From Nitrospinales bacterium (GTDB lineage: Bacteria > Nitrospinota > Nitrospinia > Nitrospinales > VA-1), in assembly GCA_965262115.1 (NCBI GenBank), contig OZ253496.1, positions 128,001-192,000 of the forward strand: a stretch of 64,000 nt of DNA, read 5' to 3'. The position numbers and the translations under genes were made by a program. This document shows, piece after piece, positions 20,217 to 30,027 of the stretch; position 1 is the stretch's first letter, and every line of letters begins with the position of its first letter. Under the pieces are notes generated by a model. It worked only from the letters and a program-made list of their open reading frames with translations. It was not told the origin of the DNA and did no database searches.

Positions 20217-21551
20217 ATGGAAGAATTTGATGTGTTGGTGTTAGGTGGAGGCTTGGCCGGGGTTTCGACCGCTCTCAGAGCGGCAGAACTGGGTGGAAGA
20301 GTTTGCCTTATCGAAAGGAACCATATAGGCAAGGCGGGCTTTCAAAGAAGAAACACGCTTTTTATTGAAAGCCGTTGCTCCATTGCACCTTCAGTAAGTT
20401 GGGAAGAATATAGAAATATTTTACACTCCGAGACTGAGCAATATTCCCAGTCTATGAGAGAAAAACTAAACGTCGCAGGCGTGTCTGTCATAGAAGGGGA
20501 GGGAAGGCTCGCGAGTCCGACAGAGATTAACATTGAAAAAAGTGATGGTGAACATTTGCTCTTAACGGGCAGGTCAGTGATTCTAGCTTATGGTTCTGAT
20601 CCCCGATTCTCGACCACTTTACCCCATGAGGATGGCATTGTAATATCCATTGATGAGATTCCCCAACTTGCTGCACTTCCTGAAAAAGTTCTTGTCGTCG
20701 GGGGTGGTCCCTTTGCCAGTGAGACGGCACTCGGGCTTCATAAAAGAGGATGCAAAGTTTTTCTTTGTTATGAACAAAAAGAATTGTTTCCACAATTGGA
20801 TGAAGACTTTAATGCTGCGATAGAACCCCGGTTTAAAGAGAAAAAAATTAAAATCCTTCCGGGAAAGAAGTTGATTTCGATATACAAAAATAGCGATGAA
20901 CTTGAAATTACTTTGGAGACGGGCATCAAGTTCTCTGTCCACCAAATAATTATTACCGGAGACAGGGTGGGGGTGAAAGAAAATGACATTGCTGAAAAAC
21001 TGGGGATTCGTTTGGGTGAACATCAAAAAGTCTTTGTAGACGATTCCATGATGACCAGCCTGCCCGGAGTGTATGCGGTGGGAAGTATAAGCGGCGAGTT
21101 GACCAGCGACACGCTTTCCCAGGAAGAAGGTAAAATTGCCGCAGAAAATGCCATGGGGAAAAAAAGGATACTGAACCGGGAGTGGGTTTCACAGGTTGCT
21201 CGCCTGATTCCTGATGTGGCTTATGTGGGGTGTTCCATGAAAACGGCCCCTCATCAAGGATTTCATCCTGTCGAGGGCGTATTCGAGGAGGATTTCACAG
21301 GCGCTGAAAATATGTCCTTTCCCCAAACCGGGGGAAGATATAAAATAGTAGCAGATAAAAGATCACGTCTGATTGTCGGGGCACAGATCATTTCACATCA
21401 GGCCGCTGATTGGATTCCGATACTTTTATTGTTGATTAAAAAGGGGGTCACGGTGGGTAATCTGGCCAATTCCATCACTTCTGAGGGGACGAAAATTAGT
21501 GGCTTGTGCGAGGCGGCGCGGAATTGTGCAAGGGCCTTGAAGTCCCCATAA
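20217..21551 (+). CDS. Pyridine nucleotide-disulfide oxidoreductase-fold protein (dihydrolipoamide dehydrogenase-like, lacking the redox disulfide)
   Basis: GGGLAG FAD motif, VVGGG NAD motif, TSLPGVYAVG, C-terminal dimerisation-like domain. Confidence 0.8.
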   Translation: MEEFDVLVLGGGLAGVSTALRAAELGGRVCLIERNHIGKAGFQRRNTLFIESRCSIAPSVSWEEYRNILHSETEQYSQSMREKLNVAGVSVIEGEGRLASPTEINIEKSDGEHLLLTGRSVILAYGSDPRFSTTLPHEDGIVISIDEIPQLAALPEKVLVVGGGPFASETALGLHKRGCKVFLCYEQKELFPQLDEDFNAAIEPRFKEKKIKILPGKKLISIYKNSDELEITLETGIKFSVHQIIITGDRVGVKENDIAEKLGIRLGEHQKVFVDDSMMTSLPGVYAVGSISGELTSDTLSQEEGKIAAENAMGKKRILNREWVSQVARLIPDVAYVGCSMKTAPHQGFHPVEGVFEEDFTGAENMSFPQTGGRYKIVADKRSRLIVGAQIISHQAADWIPILLLLIKKGVTVGNLANSITSEGTKISGLCEAARNCARALKSP

Positions 21552-21688
21552 AAAAGGTGGTTTCAGGCCAATTACTTCTTGCCTTGACTCGATATTTTAA
21601 TTATGTTAAAAACCAACACTTTGACAGTCATTCCGGGTTGTCAACCGGGTCTTAAAAAGTCACTGAGTCCACATAAAAATAGGTATTA

Positions 21689-22249
21689 TTGAGCTTTATG
21701 GCTGAAGAGAAATCAAAAGAAAAATCGGCATCCAAGGAGGCAAATGGGAAGGATGAGGCGCTGGAAACAATTTGGTCGCGCCGGGAATTTTTCTCGCTGG
21801 CGGGTTGGGCCGGGTTTTTAGCTTCCCTGGGGCTATCAGCCTTATATTTTGCTCGATTACTATTTCCTCGCGTTCTCTTTGAACCTTCCCCGATATTCAA
21901 GGCAGGGATACCCAGCGACTATACGGTTGGTGAAGTCAGTACTAAGTGGGTTACGGATCAGCGTGTTTGGATTGTTCGTGATGAGGAAGGTATTTATGTC
22001 ATTTTTGCGTTATGCACGCATTTAGGATGCACTCCACGTTGGTTGAGATCAGAGAGTAAATACAAATGCCCCTGTCATGGTAGTGGTTTTACCAAGCAAG
22101 GGATAAACTTTGAAGGCCCGGCACCAAGGCCTCTGGAACGGTTAAAAATTGCTCTGGCTCCGGATGGGCAGATCGTCATTGATAAAAGTAAGAAATTTCT
22201 TTTTGAAAAGGATCAGTGGGACAAACCGGGCGCTAAACTTTTTGTCTAA
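21689..22249 (+). CDS. Rieske iron-sulfur subunit of a bc-type complex
   Basis: Tat motif SRREFF plus TM helix, CTHLGC, CPCHGS, GPAPRPL. Confidence 0.93.
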   Translation: MSFMAEEKSKEKSASKEANGKDEALETIWSRREFFSLAGWAGFLASLGLSALYFARLLFPRVLFEPSPIFKAGIPSDYTVGEVSTKWVTDQRVWIVRDEEGIYVIFALCTHLGCTPRWLRSESKYKCPCHGSGFTKQGINFEGPAPRPLERLKIALAPDGQIVIDKSKKFLFEKDQWDKPGAKLFV

Positions 22250-22336
22250 CTGCTCGGAGACTTTTTTTTAATATTTTCAACCGAAAAAGAATTGGTTACA
22301 AGACAGTGAAATTCCATTTTGATGGAGGTCTAAGTT

Positions 22337-23167
22337 TTGGCAAGTAATTCACCTAAGATTCCGAATATCGCAGAATTGATGGATAAAATTAAAAGTGGCA
22401 AGATCTTCAGTGAAATTGCCAAGGAAATTACAGAATCGCAGATATGGACATCGAGCTTCCGACATGGTTACGCCGATACACCTCGGAACCGTGTTCTGCA
22501 AATTGCAAGTAATGTCTGGTTGCATCTTCATCCAGTAAAGATTCAGCGTCACGCCCTGCGAATAAAATTCACCTGGTGCATGGGAGGAATCACTTTTCTC
22601 CTGTTTCTTTCCACCGTAGTGACCGGGGTGATCCTGATGTTCTATTATCGGCCTGTTGGTGAATATGCCTATTACGATATGAAGTACCTGCAATACGATG
22701 TTCCCTTCGGTATGCTCATGAGAAATATGCACCGTTGGGCGGCGCACGCAATGGTTATCACCGTGTGGTTGCATATGTTTCGGGTCTTTTTAACGGGCTC
22801 GTATAAACCGCCGAGAGAGTTTAACTGGGTCATTGGGGTGTTCCTGGTTACGTTCACCCTGCTCCTGAGTTTTACCGGTTACCTCCTGCCTTGGGATCAA
22901 CTGGCGATGTGGGCGGTCACCGTAGGCACCAATATGGCGCGTGCTACCCCGTTTCTGGGCAATGAAGGTCCCTTTGCGGAATTCGTCGGCGCGACTCCCA
23001 GATATGATGTCCGTGCCTTGTTGATTGGAGGGAGTGTAGTAGGGCCTCCCGCTCTATTAAGGTTTTACGTATTGCATTGTATTTTCATTCCTTTGGTTGC
23101 CGGAGCCCTGATGATTGTGCATTTCTGGCGAATCCGCAAGGATGGTGGAATTTCCGGCCCTCTTTAG
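22337..23167 (+). CDS. Cytochrome b6-like N-terminal subunit
   Basis: WCMGG (heme cn-type Cys), [22 protein letters not shown]; ends GISGPL. Confidence 0.93.
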   Translation: MASNSPKIPNIAELMDKIKSGKIFSEIAKEITESQIWTSSFRHGYADTPRNRVLQIASNVWLHLHPVKIQRHALRIKFTWCMGGITFLLFLSTVVTGVILMFYYRPVGEYAYYDMKYLQYDVPFGMLMRNMHRWAAHAMVITVWLHMFRVFLTGSYKPPREFNWVIGVFLVTFTLLLSFTGYLLPWDQLAMWAVTVGTNMARATPFLGNEGPFAEFVGATPRYDVRALLIGGSVVGPPALLRFYVLHCIFIPLVAGALMIVHFWRIRKDGGISGPL

Positions 23168-23200
23168 AGGGCAGATTTTTTATTAAGAGGCAGGGAAAAT

Positions 23201-23962
23201 ATGGCTCAAGCGGCGGTACCAAAGAAAAAGGCAGAAGGGCTGGGTGGGGAGAAGCTCCATGTTTGGCCCTACTTGGTCCGGTTGGAGTTTCTTTGCGCTA
23301 TTCTCACCATTGTGGCTCTTACGGTATGGTCCATCGTTATTGATGCGCCGTTGGAAGAAGCGGCGAATCCGACCAAAACCCCTAATCCTTCCAAAGCGCC
23401 CTGGTATTTCCTGGGGCTTCAAGACGTCCTGGTTTATTTCGACCCCTGGTTTGCCGGTGTTGTGGCTCCCGTCCTCATCATCGTTGGACTGATGCTGATT
23501 CCGTATCTGGATGTGAATCCCAAAGGGAACGGATATTACACCTACCATGAGAGGAAAGCTGCAATATGGGTTTACTGCTTTGGCTTTCTGGTGCTCTGGA
23601 TCGCTTTGATCATTATGGGGGTGTTCCTAAGGGGGCCGGGTTGGAACCTTTTTATGCCTTGGCAGTATTGGGATCCGCATAAGGTTGTGGCTCTGGTCAA
23701 TGTTGATCTTCCCTATGCGTTCGGGGTGCGAACCTACAATGGGGCCATGCTGTTTGGTGGAGCGGTGATACTCGGATATTTTGCCGTGGGTACTGGGATC
23801 TATTTTTTCATGGAACGTAAGGCGCTCAAGAGTGTTGGTTTCTTGAGAATGTTTCTGAAAATTGAACTTTTCCTGATCATGATGGGCATTGTCATCAAAA
23901 TTGTTCTCAGGCTGGGTTTTAATATCAAGTATGTATGGGTGACACCCTGGTTTAATATTTAA
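23201..23962 (+). CDS. Cytochrome b C-terminal subunit (subunit IV-like)
   Basis: ANPTKTPNPSKAPWYFLG (PEWY-equivalent) followed by TM helices. Confidence 0.88.
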   Translation: MAQAAVPKKKAEGLGGEKLHVWPYLVRLEFLCAILTIVALTVWSIVIDAPLEEAANPTKTPNPSKAPWYFLGLQDVLVYFDPWFAGVVAPVLIIVGLMLIPYLDVNPKGNGYYTYHERKAAIWVYCFGFLVLWIALIIMGVFLRGPGWNLFMPWQYWDPHKVVALVNVDLPYAFGVRTYNGAMLFGGAVILGYFAVGTGIYFFMERKALKSVGFLRMFLKIELFLIMMGIVIKIVLRLGFNIKYVWVTPWFNI

Positions 23963-23985
23963 CGGCTTCAGGATCGGGAAATACA

Positions 23986-26622
23986 TTGGCTGAAGAAGAA
24001 CAAAAAAAGGAATATAAAGAAGGGGAATTTGACGAGCATACCTCGTACAGCTTCCTCTTTTTTCTGGTCTCAACAGTAACGCTTTTTGTCACGCTTTGGG
24101 CGTTCTGGGATGATGAATATGCCCGCCGGGGCTACAAGATTTATCAGGACCAGTTTCACAAGGAACAATATGCCGTAGCAGAAGCAAACTGGAAAAAGCT
24201 CAACGCGGAAATTGAGGAGACTGAGAAGCAAATTATACAAAGCCTGGCTCAAAGAGAAGGCGAACTGGATTCTTCGGATTCCTATCAGGAACTGGTTGAG
24301 GAAGTTCGGCTCAAACAAGTGGCGGTGGATGAGCAGAAAGAACTGCAAAAGTTTGCCGGTAGCATGGTTGATGAAGCTTATTACTGGTATAAAAAAGCCC
24401 TGCATGAGGGGGAAAACTTTGATGTGCAATTAGCCTCTCTTCATTCCCAGCAAGGCGAGGTGGAATCTTTTAACCCGATTATCGCGGAAAAACAGGCGAT
24501 ATTGCAGGAGGCGGAAAACAGGCTGTTAGAAGTCAAGGCTGATCAGCTCAGGCTGGATAAAGATCTGGCTCAGCTAACCATGGAACGAAGTAAGTTTGAA
24601 TTGACCATGGACTATTACAAGCCGTTCCCTTTTTTCTGGAAGCCTGCGGAAATCCTTCAAACCGTAATTCCGGGCTTTGGCAAAAATGCCTTTAAAGAAA
24701 TTATTTACCGGGTAGACCGGTGTATGACCTGCCATATTGCGTATCAGGACGAACATTACAAAGATTTTAAGCAACCTTTAAAGTCCCATCCCAATCTTGA
24801 TATTCTGATTAAAAAACATCCCCCTGAAGTGACAGGTTGTACCTGGTGTCATCTGGGGCAGGGAACGGTCACGGCTCCAGCTGAGCATGCTCATGGTTCG
24901 CATCATGAAACGGATCAAACGGTTGAAGTCAATGAGCCCATTCTACAAGGTGACTATCAGCAGGCAACCTGTAGGAATTGTCATGCTGAAGTGGTCAACT
25001 TGGCAGGGGCTCCGCTCTTGTCGAAGGGGAAAAGGCTCTTTATCAAACTGGGATGTCATGGTTGCCATTTAGCAGATGGTTATGCCAAAGAGGCTAAGGT
25101 AGGCCCCAGGCTATATAGAGTTGCGAACAAGGTTGATCCGAGCTGGTTATACCGCTGGGTAAAAAAACCCAGGGACTATCTGCCTAAAACCCGAATGCCG
25201 GAATTCCAGTTTAATGAAAAAGACGCAATGGCGGTTACGGCTTACCTTCTTGCGTCTTCGGATAAAGATTATAGTTTGCGTGTGAAGTTTGAATCGGGCG
25301 ATGCAGAAAAAGGCAAGAAATTATTTGAATCTGTAGGCTGCCAGGGTTGCCATGAACTCGATGGTAAGGGAGAAACCCATGGACCGGATCTAAGTCGTAT
25401 TGGTAACAAGGTCAATGCTGATTGGCTGGTGACTTGGATCAGTAGTCCCCACAGTTATAACCCCACAAGTAAAATGCCTGACCTTCGGTTGGGGGATGAG
25501 AAGGCCTCCGACATAGCTTCTTACTTAATCCAGTTCGGCAAAAAAGAAGTGATTCCCGGACTTGAAGCAAAACTTAAAAATCCCGAGTTGATCAAACACG
25601 GGAAGACAATAGTTCGCCGTAGGGGTTGTTTTGCCTGCCATGATATCAAGGGAATGGAAAGCGAGGGCCGAATCGCGCCTGAGCTATCCTCCTTTGGCAG
25701 AAAAATGATTGTGGAACTGGAGTTTGGTGACACGCATATTTCTCATACCTGGGATTCCTGGGTTAGAACCAAATTGAAAAAACCGGATTCTTTCAAAACC
25801 GAACGGGTTTTGGATAAGATGCCCAATTTTCACCTTGCACCGGATGAAATTGATGCCTTGGTTGTACTCCTGAAGGGTTTTAATGGAACTCAAGTGCCTG
25901 TGCAATACCGCAGGATACTTTCTGATAAAGAGGAAATAATTGAAACAGGTCGCCGTATAATCACCAAATACAATTGTAAGGCTTGCCACAATGTTGAAGG
26001 CGAAGGTGGACGGATTCAGAAATATCTCAAAGCGAAAGCGCAGTATCCTCCTCCATTAGATATGGGAGATTATCATGTAGGGGAACGCCTTAAAAGTTCC
26101 TGGTTGTATTCATTCTTGAGAGATCCGACACCCGTTAGAACCTGGCTTAAAGTAAAGATGCCCACTTTCTCTTTTTCCGATAAAGAAGTGAGGGATCTGA
26201 CGGCCTATTTTGAAGCGTTGTCTCCCGCTAGTGGTTATGAGGCCGGTGTTCATAAAAATAAAGATGATGCCGTGGCGCAAAAAGGCGCTGAAATGGTCAA
26301 CTACATGGATTGTGGCCGTTGCCATGATGAGGGGGAAAAAGGCATTGAGTTTTCACTGGCCAGCCAAAGGCTTCGCTCTAACTGGATTCCAAAATGGCTC
26401 AAAAATACCCGGGAAATGATCCCTTGGACTAAGATGCCTTCGCATTGGGTTAAGAAAGGGGATAAATACACGGTTCCAACCAAGTACAGCGAGATTGAAA
26501 CGGTCGGTGATGTGGATACCCAGGTAAATACAGTGGCAGACTTGATTGTTGCCTATAATACCGCCGAACTGGACTTTGACTTGAGTCTGGGTGAAGGCGA
26601 TGGAGAAGAGGACGAAGAATAA
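23986..26622 (+). CDS. Membrane-anchored multiheme cytochrome c (8 CxxCH)
   Basis: TM helix, coiled coil, then CMTCH, CTWCH, CRNCH, CHGCH, CQGCH, CFACH, CKACH, CGRCH. Confidence 0.9.
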   Translation: MAEEEQKKEYKEGEFDEHTSYSFLFFLVSTVTLFVTLWAFWDDEYARRGYKIYQDQFHKEQYAVAEANWKKLNAEIEETEKQIIQSLAQREGELDSSDSYQELVEEVRLKQVAVDEQKELQKFAGSMVDEAYYWYKKALHEGENFDVQLASLHSQQGEVESFNPIIAEKQAILQEAENRLLEVKADQLRLDKDLAQLTMERSKFELTMDYYKPFPFFWKPAEILQTVIPGFGKNAFKEIIYRVDRCMTCHIAYQDEHYKDFKQPLKSHPNLDILIKKHPPEVTGCTWCHLGQGTVTAPAEHAHGSHHETDQTVEVNEPILQGDYQQATCRNCHAEVVNLAGAPLLSKGKRLFIKLGCHGCHLADGYAKEAKVGPRLYRVANKVDPSWLYRWVKKPRDYLPKTRMPEFQFNEKDAMAVTAYLLASSDKDYSLRVKFESGDAEKGKKLFESVGCQGCHELDGKGETHGPDLSRIGNKVNADWLVTWISSPHSYNPTSKMPDLRLGDEKASDIASYLIQFGKKEVIPGLEAKLKNPELIKHGKTIVRRRGCFACHDIKGMESEGRIAPELSSFGRKMIVELEFGDTHISHTWDSWVRTKLKKPDSFKTERVLDKMPNFHLAPDEIDALVVLLKGFNGTQVPVQYRRILSDKEEIIETGRRIITKYNCKACHNVEGEGGRIQKYLKAKAQYPPPLDMGDYHVGERLKSSWLYSFLRDPTPVRTWLKVKMPTFSFSDKEVRDLTAYFEALSPASGYEAGVHKNKDDAVAQKGAEMVNYMDCGRCHDEGEKGIEFSLASQRLRSNWIPKWLKNTREMIPWTKMPSHWVKKGDKYTVPTKYSEIETVGDVDTQVNTVADLIVAYNTAELDFDLSLGEGDGEEDEE

Positions 26623-26684
26623 ACTTGCTCCACCTGCCAAAGATATCATATTATTAATCATTAACAATCAATTGAGCGTATAAA

Positions 26685-26867
26685 ATGGAAAACTCAGGAC
26701 TCGAAAACTTTCTTTTAATCGCGACCAAACCGGATAATATTCCCATCGGAACTATGTTGCTGTTTGTGGGTTGGGTATTCTGGGTTGCTATTAGTCAGAT
26801 GATCAAAAATGACCGTTGGATAAAAGAAGGTAAAAAAGAAAAAATTTGGGATGAAATGATAAAATAA
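26685..26867 (+). CDS. Small membrane protein following the bc cluster
   Basis: 60 aa, KPDNIPI motif plus one TM helix. Confidence 0.65.
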   Translation: MENSGLENFLLIATKPDNIPIGTMLLFVGWVFWVAISQMIKNDRWIKEGKKEKIWDEMIK

Positions 26868-27368
26868 GTGGCCATTTTCGGGATTATATTCTTAGCGTTT
26901 TTTATTGGTATCATCCTGATTTTTTTATTGAAGAAAACCTCGCCTCCCGCTCCACAAGAACAAATCCATTTCGACAGTCCTTCGGACGTCCCTGCCTACC
27001 TCACCGATAGAGACGCTTTCAAATCAAAGTGCGTTGAATTCATGGAAAAATTCAATCTTGAATATGTGCATTCTGTTTGGGCAGATGATCATGAGTTGGA
27101 AATTGCCATGAACGATGAAACGCCTGTTGTCGGTGGCAGTTATATCGCCCTTTGTATTATTGACCCCCCTGGCAAAACGGTCAATGCAATGAAGGTTAAA
27201 GGTTTTCTGGATACGGTGAAGGGGGAGGGCGCGTCACGGGGAATTTTGATCACCACAGGATACTTTTCCAATGAAGCGATTAATTTGATTGAGGAGGAGC
27301 CTGTTGAGCTGGTAAATGTGGTTTCATTTTTATCCTACCTGAAGAAATTTGATATTTACGAAAATTGA
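26868..27368 (+). CDS. Membrane-anchored Mrr-type restriction endonuclease-fold protein
   Basis: N-terminal TM helix; GASRGILITTGYFS...VELVN Mrr_cat-like C-terminus. Confidence 0.65.
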   Translation: MAIFGIIFLAFFIGIILIFLLKKTSPPAPQEQIHFDSPSDVPAYLTDRDAFKSKCVEFMEKFNLEYVHSVWADDHELEIAMNDETPVVGGSYIALCIIDPPGKTVNAMKVKGFLDTVKGEGASRGILITTGYFSNEAINLIEEEPVELVNVVSFLSYLKKFDIYEN

Positions 27369-27452
27369 CCCGACCCATCCTGACCGGCGTACCGTCTGGG
27401 GCAAATTGCAATTGCCTGCCTCGCTAGAGGCGCCTTGTGCTATTATCGGGCC

Positions 27453-28322
27453 ATGAAAATAAATGAAAAACTAAACTCATCATCCCCCGTTTTTTCTTTT
27501 GAATTTTTCCCTCCTAAAGATTCCGAGGGTTTTGCAACATTATATGAAACGATTGGCCAGTTAAAACCTGCTGCTCCGGGTTTTGTATCCGTGACATATG
27601 GGGCGGGAGGGAGTACACGTTCTAAAACCGTTGATCTGGTTGGAAAAATAAAAAATGACATTGGTATTGAGAGCATGGCCCACCTGACCTGTGTTGGGCA
27701 TGACCAGCAGGAAATCCGTTCGGTGCTTGAAAGTTTGCAGGCTCAAAATATTGAGAATGTCCTTGCGCTAAGGGGCGACCCCCATCAGGGAGAGGAGACA
27801 TTTGTAAAAACAGACAGCGGTTTTGAATTTGGCAATGAGCTTGTGGCCTTTATAAAAAAAAAATTTTCATTTTGTATTGGTGCGGCCTGCTACCCTGAAG
27901 GGCATGTGGAATGTAAGGACCTTGATAAGGATATTGAAAATTTAAAGCGAAAAGTTGACAGTGGGGTGGATTTCCTTGTCACCCAGTTGTTTTTTGATAA
28001 CCGCTACTACTTTGAATTTTTGGATAGAGCGCAAAAGGAAAATATCAATGTTCCTGTGATTCCTGGAATCATGCCCATTTTAAACCTCAAGCAGATACAG
28101 CGATTTACCAAAATGTGCGGGGCGAGTCTTTCCCCGTCTTTAATGGCTAAATTTGAAGGGGTTCAGGATGATAAAGAAAAGGTTCGGCAGATAGGTATTG
28201 AGCATGCCATTGAACAGTGCAGGGAATTGTTGGAGAACAAGGCCCCCGGTATTCACTTTTATACTTTAAATCGATCTAAGGCAACACTGACCATATTGGG
28301 GGCACTTAGAGAATTCGCGTGA
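27453..28322 (+). CDS. metF: 5,10-methylenetetrahydrofolate reductase
   Basis: SFEFFPPK, SVTYGAGG, AHLTC, ALRGD, TQLFFD, HFYTLN. Confidence 0.97.
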   Translation: MKINEKLNSSSPVFSFEFFPPKDSEGFATLYETIGQLKPAAPGFVSVTYGAGGSTRSKTVDLVGKIKNDIGIESMAHLTCVGHDQQEIRSVLESLQAQNIENVLALRGDPHQGEETFVKTDSGFEFGNELVAFIKKKFSFCIGAACYPEGHVECKDLDKDIENLKRKVDSGVDFLVTQLFFDNRYYFEFLDRAQKENINVPVIPGIMPILNLKQIQRFTKMCGASLSPSLMAKFEGVQDDKEKVRQIGIEHAIEQCRELLENKAPGIHFYTLNRSKATLTILGALREFA

Positions 28323-29101
28323 GTTTCCCGAAGCTTACTTATATTGCTGGATTATTGAAGCGCTTGTGCGTGGGTGTCCTTTTTATTGTCTGCACTCAGC
28401 CTGCCTTTGGACAAGAACCCGTTATTACGGAAAATATGGTTCTGATTCCAGGGGGCACGTTCAAAAGGGGTTGTGACCGTTTTGGACCGCAACATGGGGC
28501 CCCGGAGCAGAAGGTTCACCTGGATGCGTTTTGGATCGATAAGTTTGAGATCACCAACAAAAATTTTGAAAAATTATTTCAGGAACATTATCTGCGCCGC
28601 AGTATTTTTTCCGATTGTGACAACTGCCCGGTTTCAAAAGTCAGTTGGTATGAAGCAGCGGACTACTGCCACTTGATTGGCAAGGCGCTCCCCAGTGAAG
28701 CTCAATGGGAAAGAGCGGCGGGCAATGGGGATGGCTGCCAATTCTCCTGGGGTGAAGGATTAGATCTAATGAATCCTCCTGCCAGAGGAGGGCTGAAGTT
28801 GAACGATAAAGCTTTCCCGGTCGGGTCTTTTCCTGCCAACTCGAACGGACTTCATGACATGGCCGGGAATGTCTGGGAATGGGTTGCGGACTGGTTTTCG
28901 GTCAAGTTTTATTATACCGATATCCTTCATAATCCCAGAGGGCCAACACGAGGAGTTATGAAGGTTAGAAGAGGCGGTTCGTGGTCAGACTCGGTGGTGG
29001 CGATGGCATCGGGCTATCGGGATTGGAGCTATCCCGTGTCGCGTGGCTTCAATGATATCGGTTTTCGCTGTGCCCTCAACTTAAAGCACGAGAGAAATTG
29101 A
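28319..29101 (+). CDS. Formylglycine-generating enzyme (FGE-sulfatase) domain protein, exported
   Basis: IDKFEITN, LPSEAQWERAA, DMAGNVWEW, RGGSW, GFRCA. Confidence 0.9.
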   Translation: MSFPKLTYIAGLLKRLCVGVLFIVCTQPAFGQEPVITENMVLIPGGTFKRGCDRFGPQHGAPEQKVHLDAFWIDKFEITNKNFEKLFQEHYLRRSIFSDCDNCPVSKVSWYEAADYCHLIGKALPSEAQWERAAGNGDGCQFSWGEGLDLMNPPARGGLKLNDKAFPVGSFPANSNGLHDMAGNVWEWVADWFSVKFYYTDILHNPRGPTRGVMKVRRGGSWSDSVVAMASGYRDWSYPVSRGFNDIGFRCALNLKHERN

Positions 29102-29832
29102 ATATGATCACCAAGGTCAAGCTGGATTATATTAATCGACTTATCGATGAGTGCCTCGACGGCGAGGCATTGGAATTGAATGGCAAATTTATGGGGGATG
29201 AGGGGGTTGAAGCTCTGGTCCAAACAAACCGTATCTTTGAAGTGGAGAACCTGGACCTTTCCAGGAATAAACTGACTTGGCGCGGCGCCCACCATTTATT
29301 TCACTGTCACCTGTTTAAAAAATTAAAGCGGCTGTATCTTGGGGAAAACAATATTTCAGATAAAGGGGTTAAGGAGTTGCCATCGGCTGATTTTGCGGGA
29401 AACCTCTCGCTCCTCGATTTGCGTTACAACAATATTGGACCTGAGGGCGGGTTGGCCGTTGTGCAATCAGAAAAGTTTAGAAAACTGCAGGTCTTGATTT
29501 TTCAGGAAAATCCTGTCGGCGATGAAACCTTGATAACGCTGGCGAAAGCTCCTACTTTTGCAAATTTGAGAAAATTAAATTTTTATCGAACGGAAATTAC
29601 CCCGAAAGGTATTAAGACTCTAGCTAAATCGAAAGTGTTTCAAAGGGTTAAACATTTCAATCTGGCGCGAAATTATCTGTATTTGGAATCGGCCAAACTT
29701 CTGGCCAACACTAAAACCTTGACCAATATTGAAAGCCTGCTGTTGTTCGACACTGGAATAAGGGATGATGGGGCTAAATTGATCACGGAATCTGAAGCCT
29801 TTGCCAAGTTGAAAAATTTGCGGATTACGTGA
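29098..29832 (+). CDS. Leucine-rich repeat protein (RI/GALA-like 28-aa repeats)
   Basis: Repeated LxLxxNxIxDxG units. Confidence 0.85.
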   Translation: MNMITKVKLDYINRLIDECLDGEALELNGKFMGDEGVEALVQTNRIFEVENLDLSRNKLTWRGAHHLFHCHLFKKLKRLYLGENNISDKGVKELPSADFAGNLSLLDLRYNNIGPEGGLAVVQSEKFRKLQVLIFQENPVGDETLITLAKAPTFANLRKLNFYRTEITPKGIKTLAKSKVFQRVKHFNLARNYLYLESAKLLANTKTLTNIESLLLFDTGIRDDGAKLITESEAFAKLKNLRIT

Positions 29833-29868
29833 CCGATGCACAGCCCCGCAGGGGTAAATCTCGGGGTT

Positions 29869-29881
29869 ATGCAAAGGTCTC
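29869..29881. mobile_element. Orphan IS5/IS1106-type terminal repeat
   Basis: ATGCAAAGGTCTC, identical to the ends at 786-798 and 5345-5357. Confidence 0.6.
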
Positions 29882-29910
29882 TCTTTGAGAAAAAGGCGAA
29901 AGCAGGAATT

Positions 29911-30019
29911 TCCCCTCCCTTCATAGGGAGGGGTTAGGGGAGGGTTGGATTATGAATTCCGTAAAAATAATCCACACCCCTCCGCGGCTACGCCTTGCCT
30001 CCCCTCATGAGAGGGGAGG
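29911..30019. repeat. REP-like doublet (CCCTCCCTTCATAGGGAGGG arm plus inverted degenerate arm)
   Basis: Arm at 29911-29953 and inverted arm at 29967-30019; same family as 55474-55515 and 56733-56773. Confidence 0.7.
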
Positions 30020-30027
30020 ATCAATCT

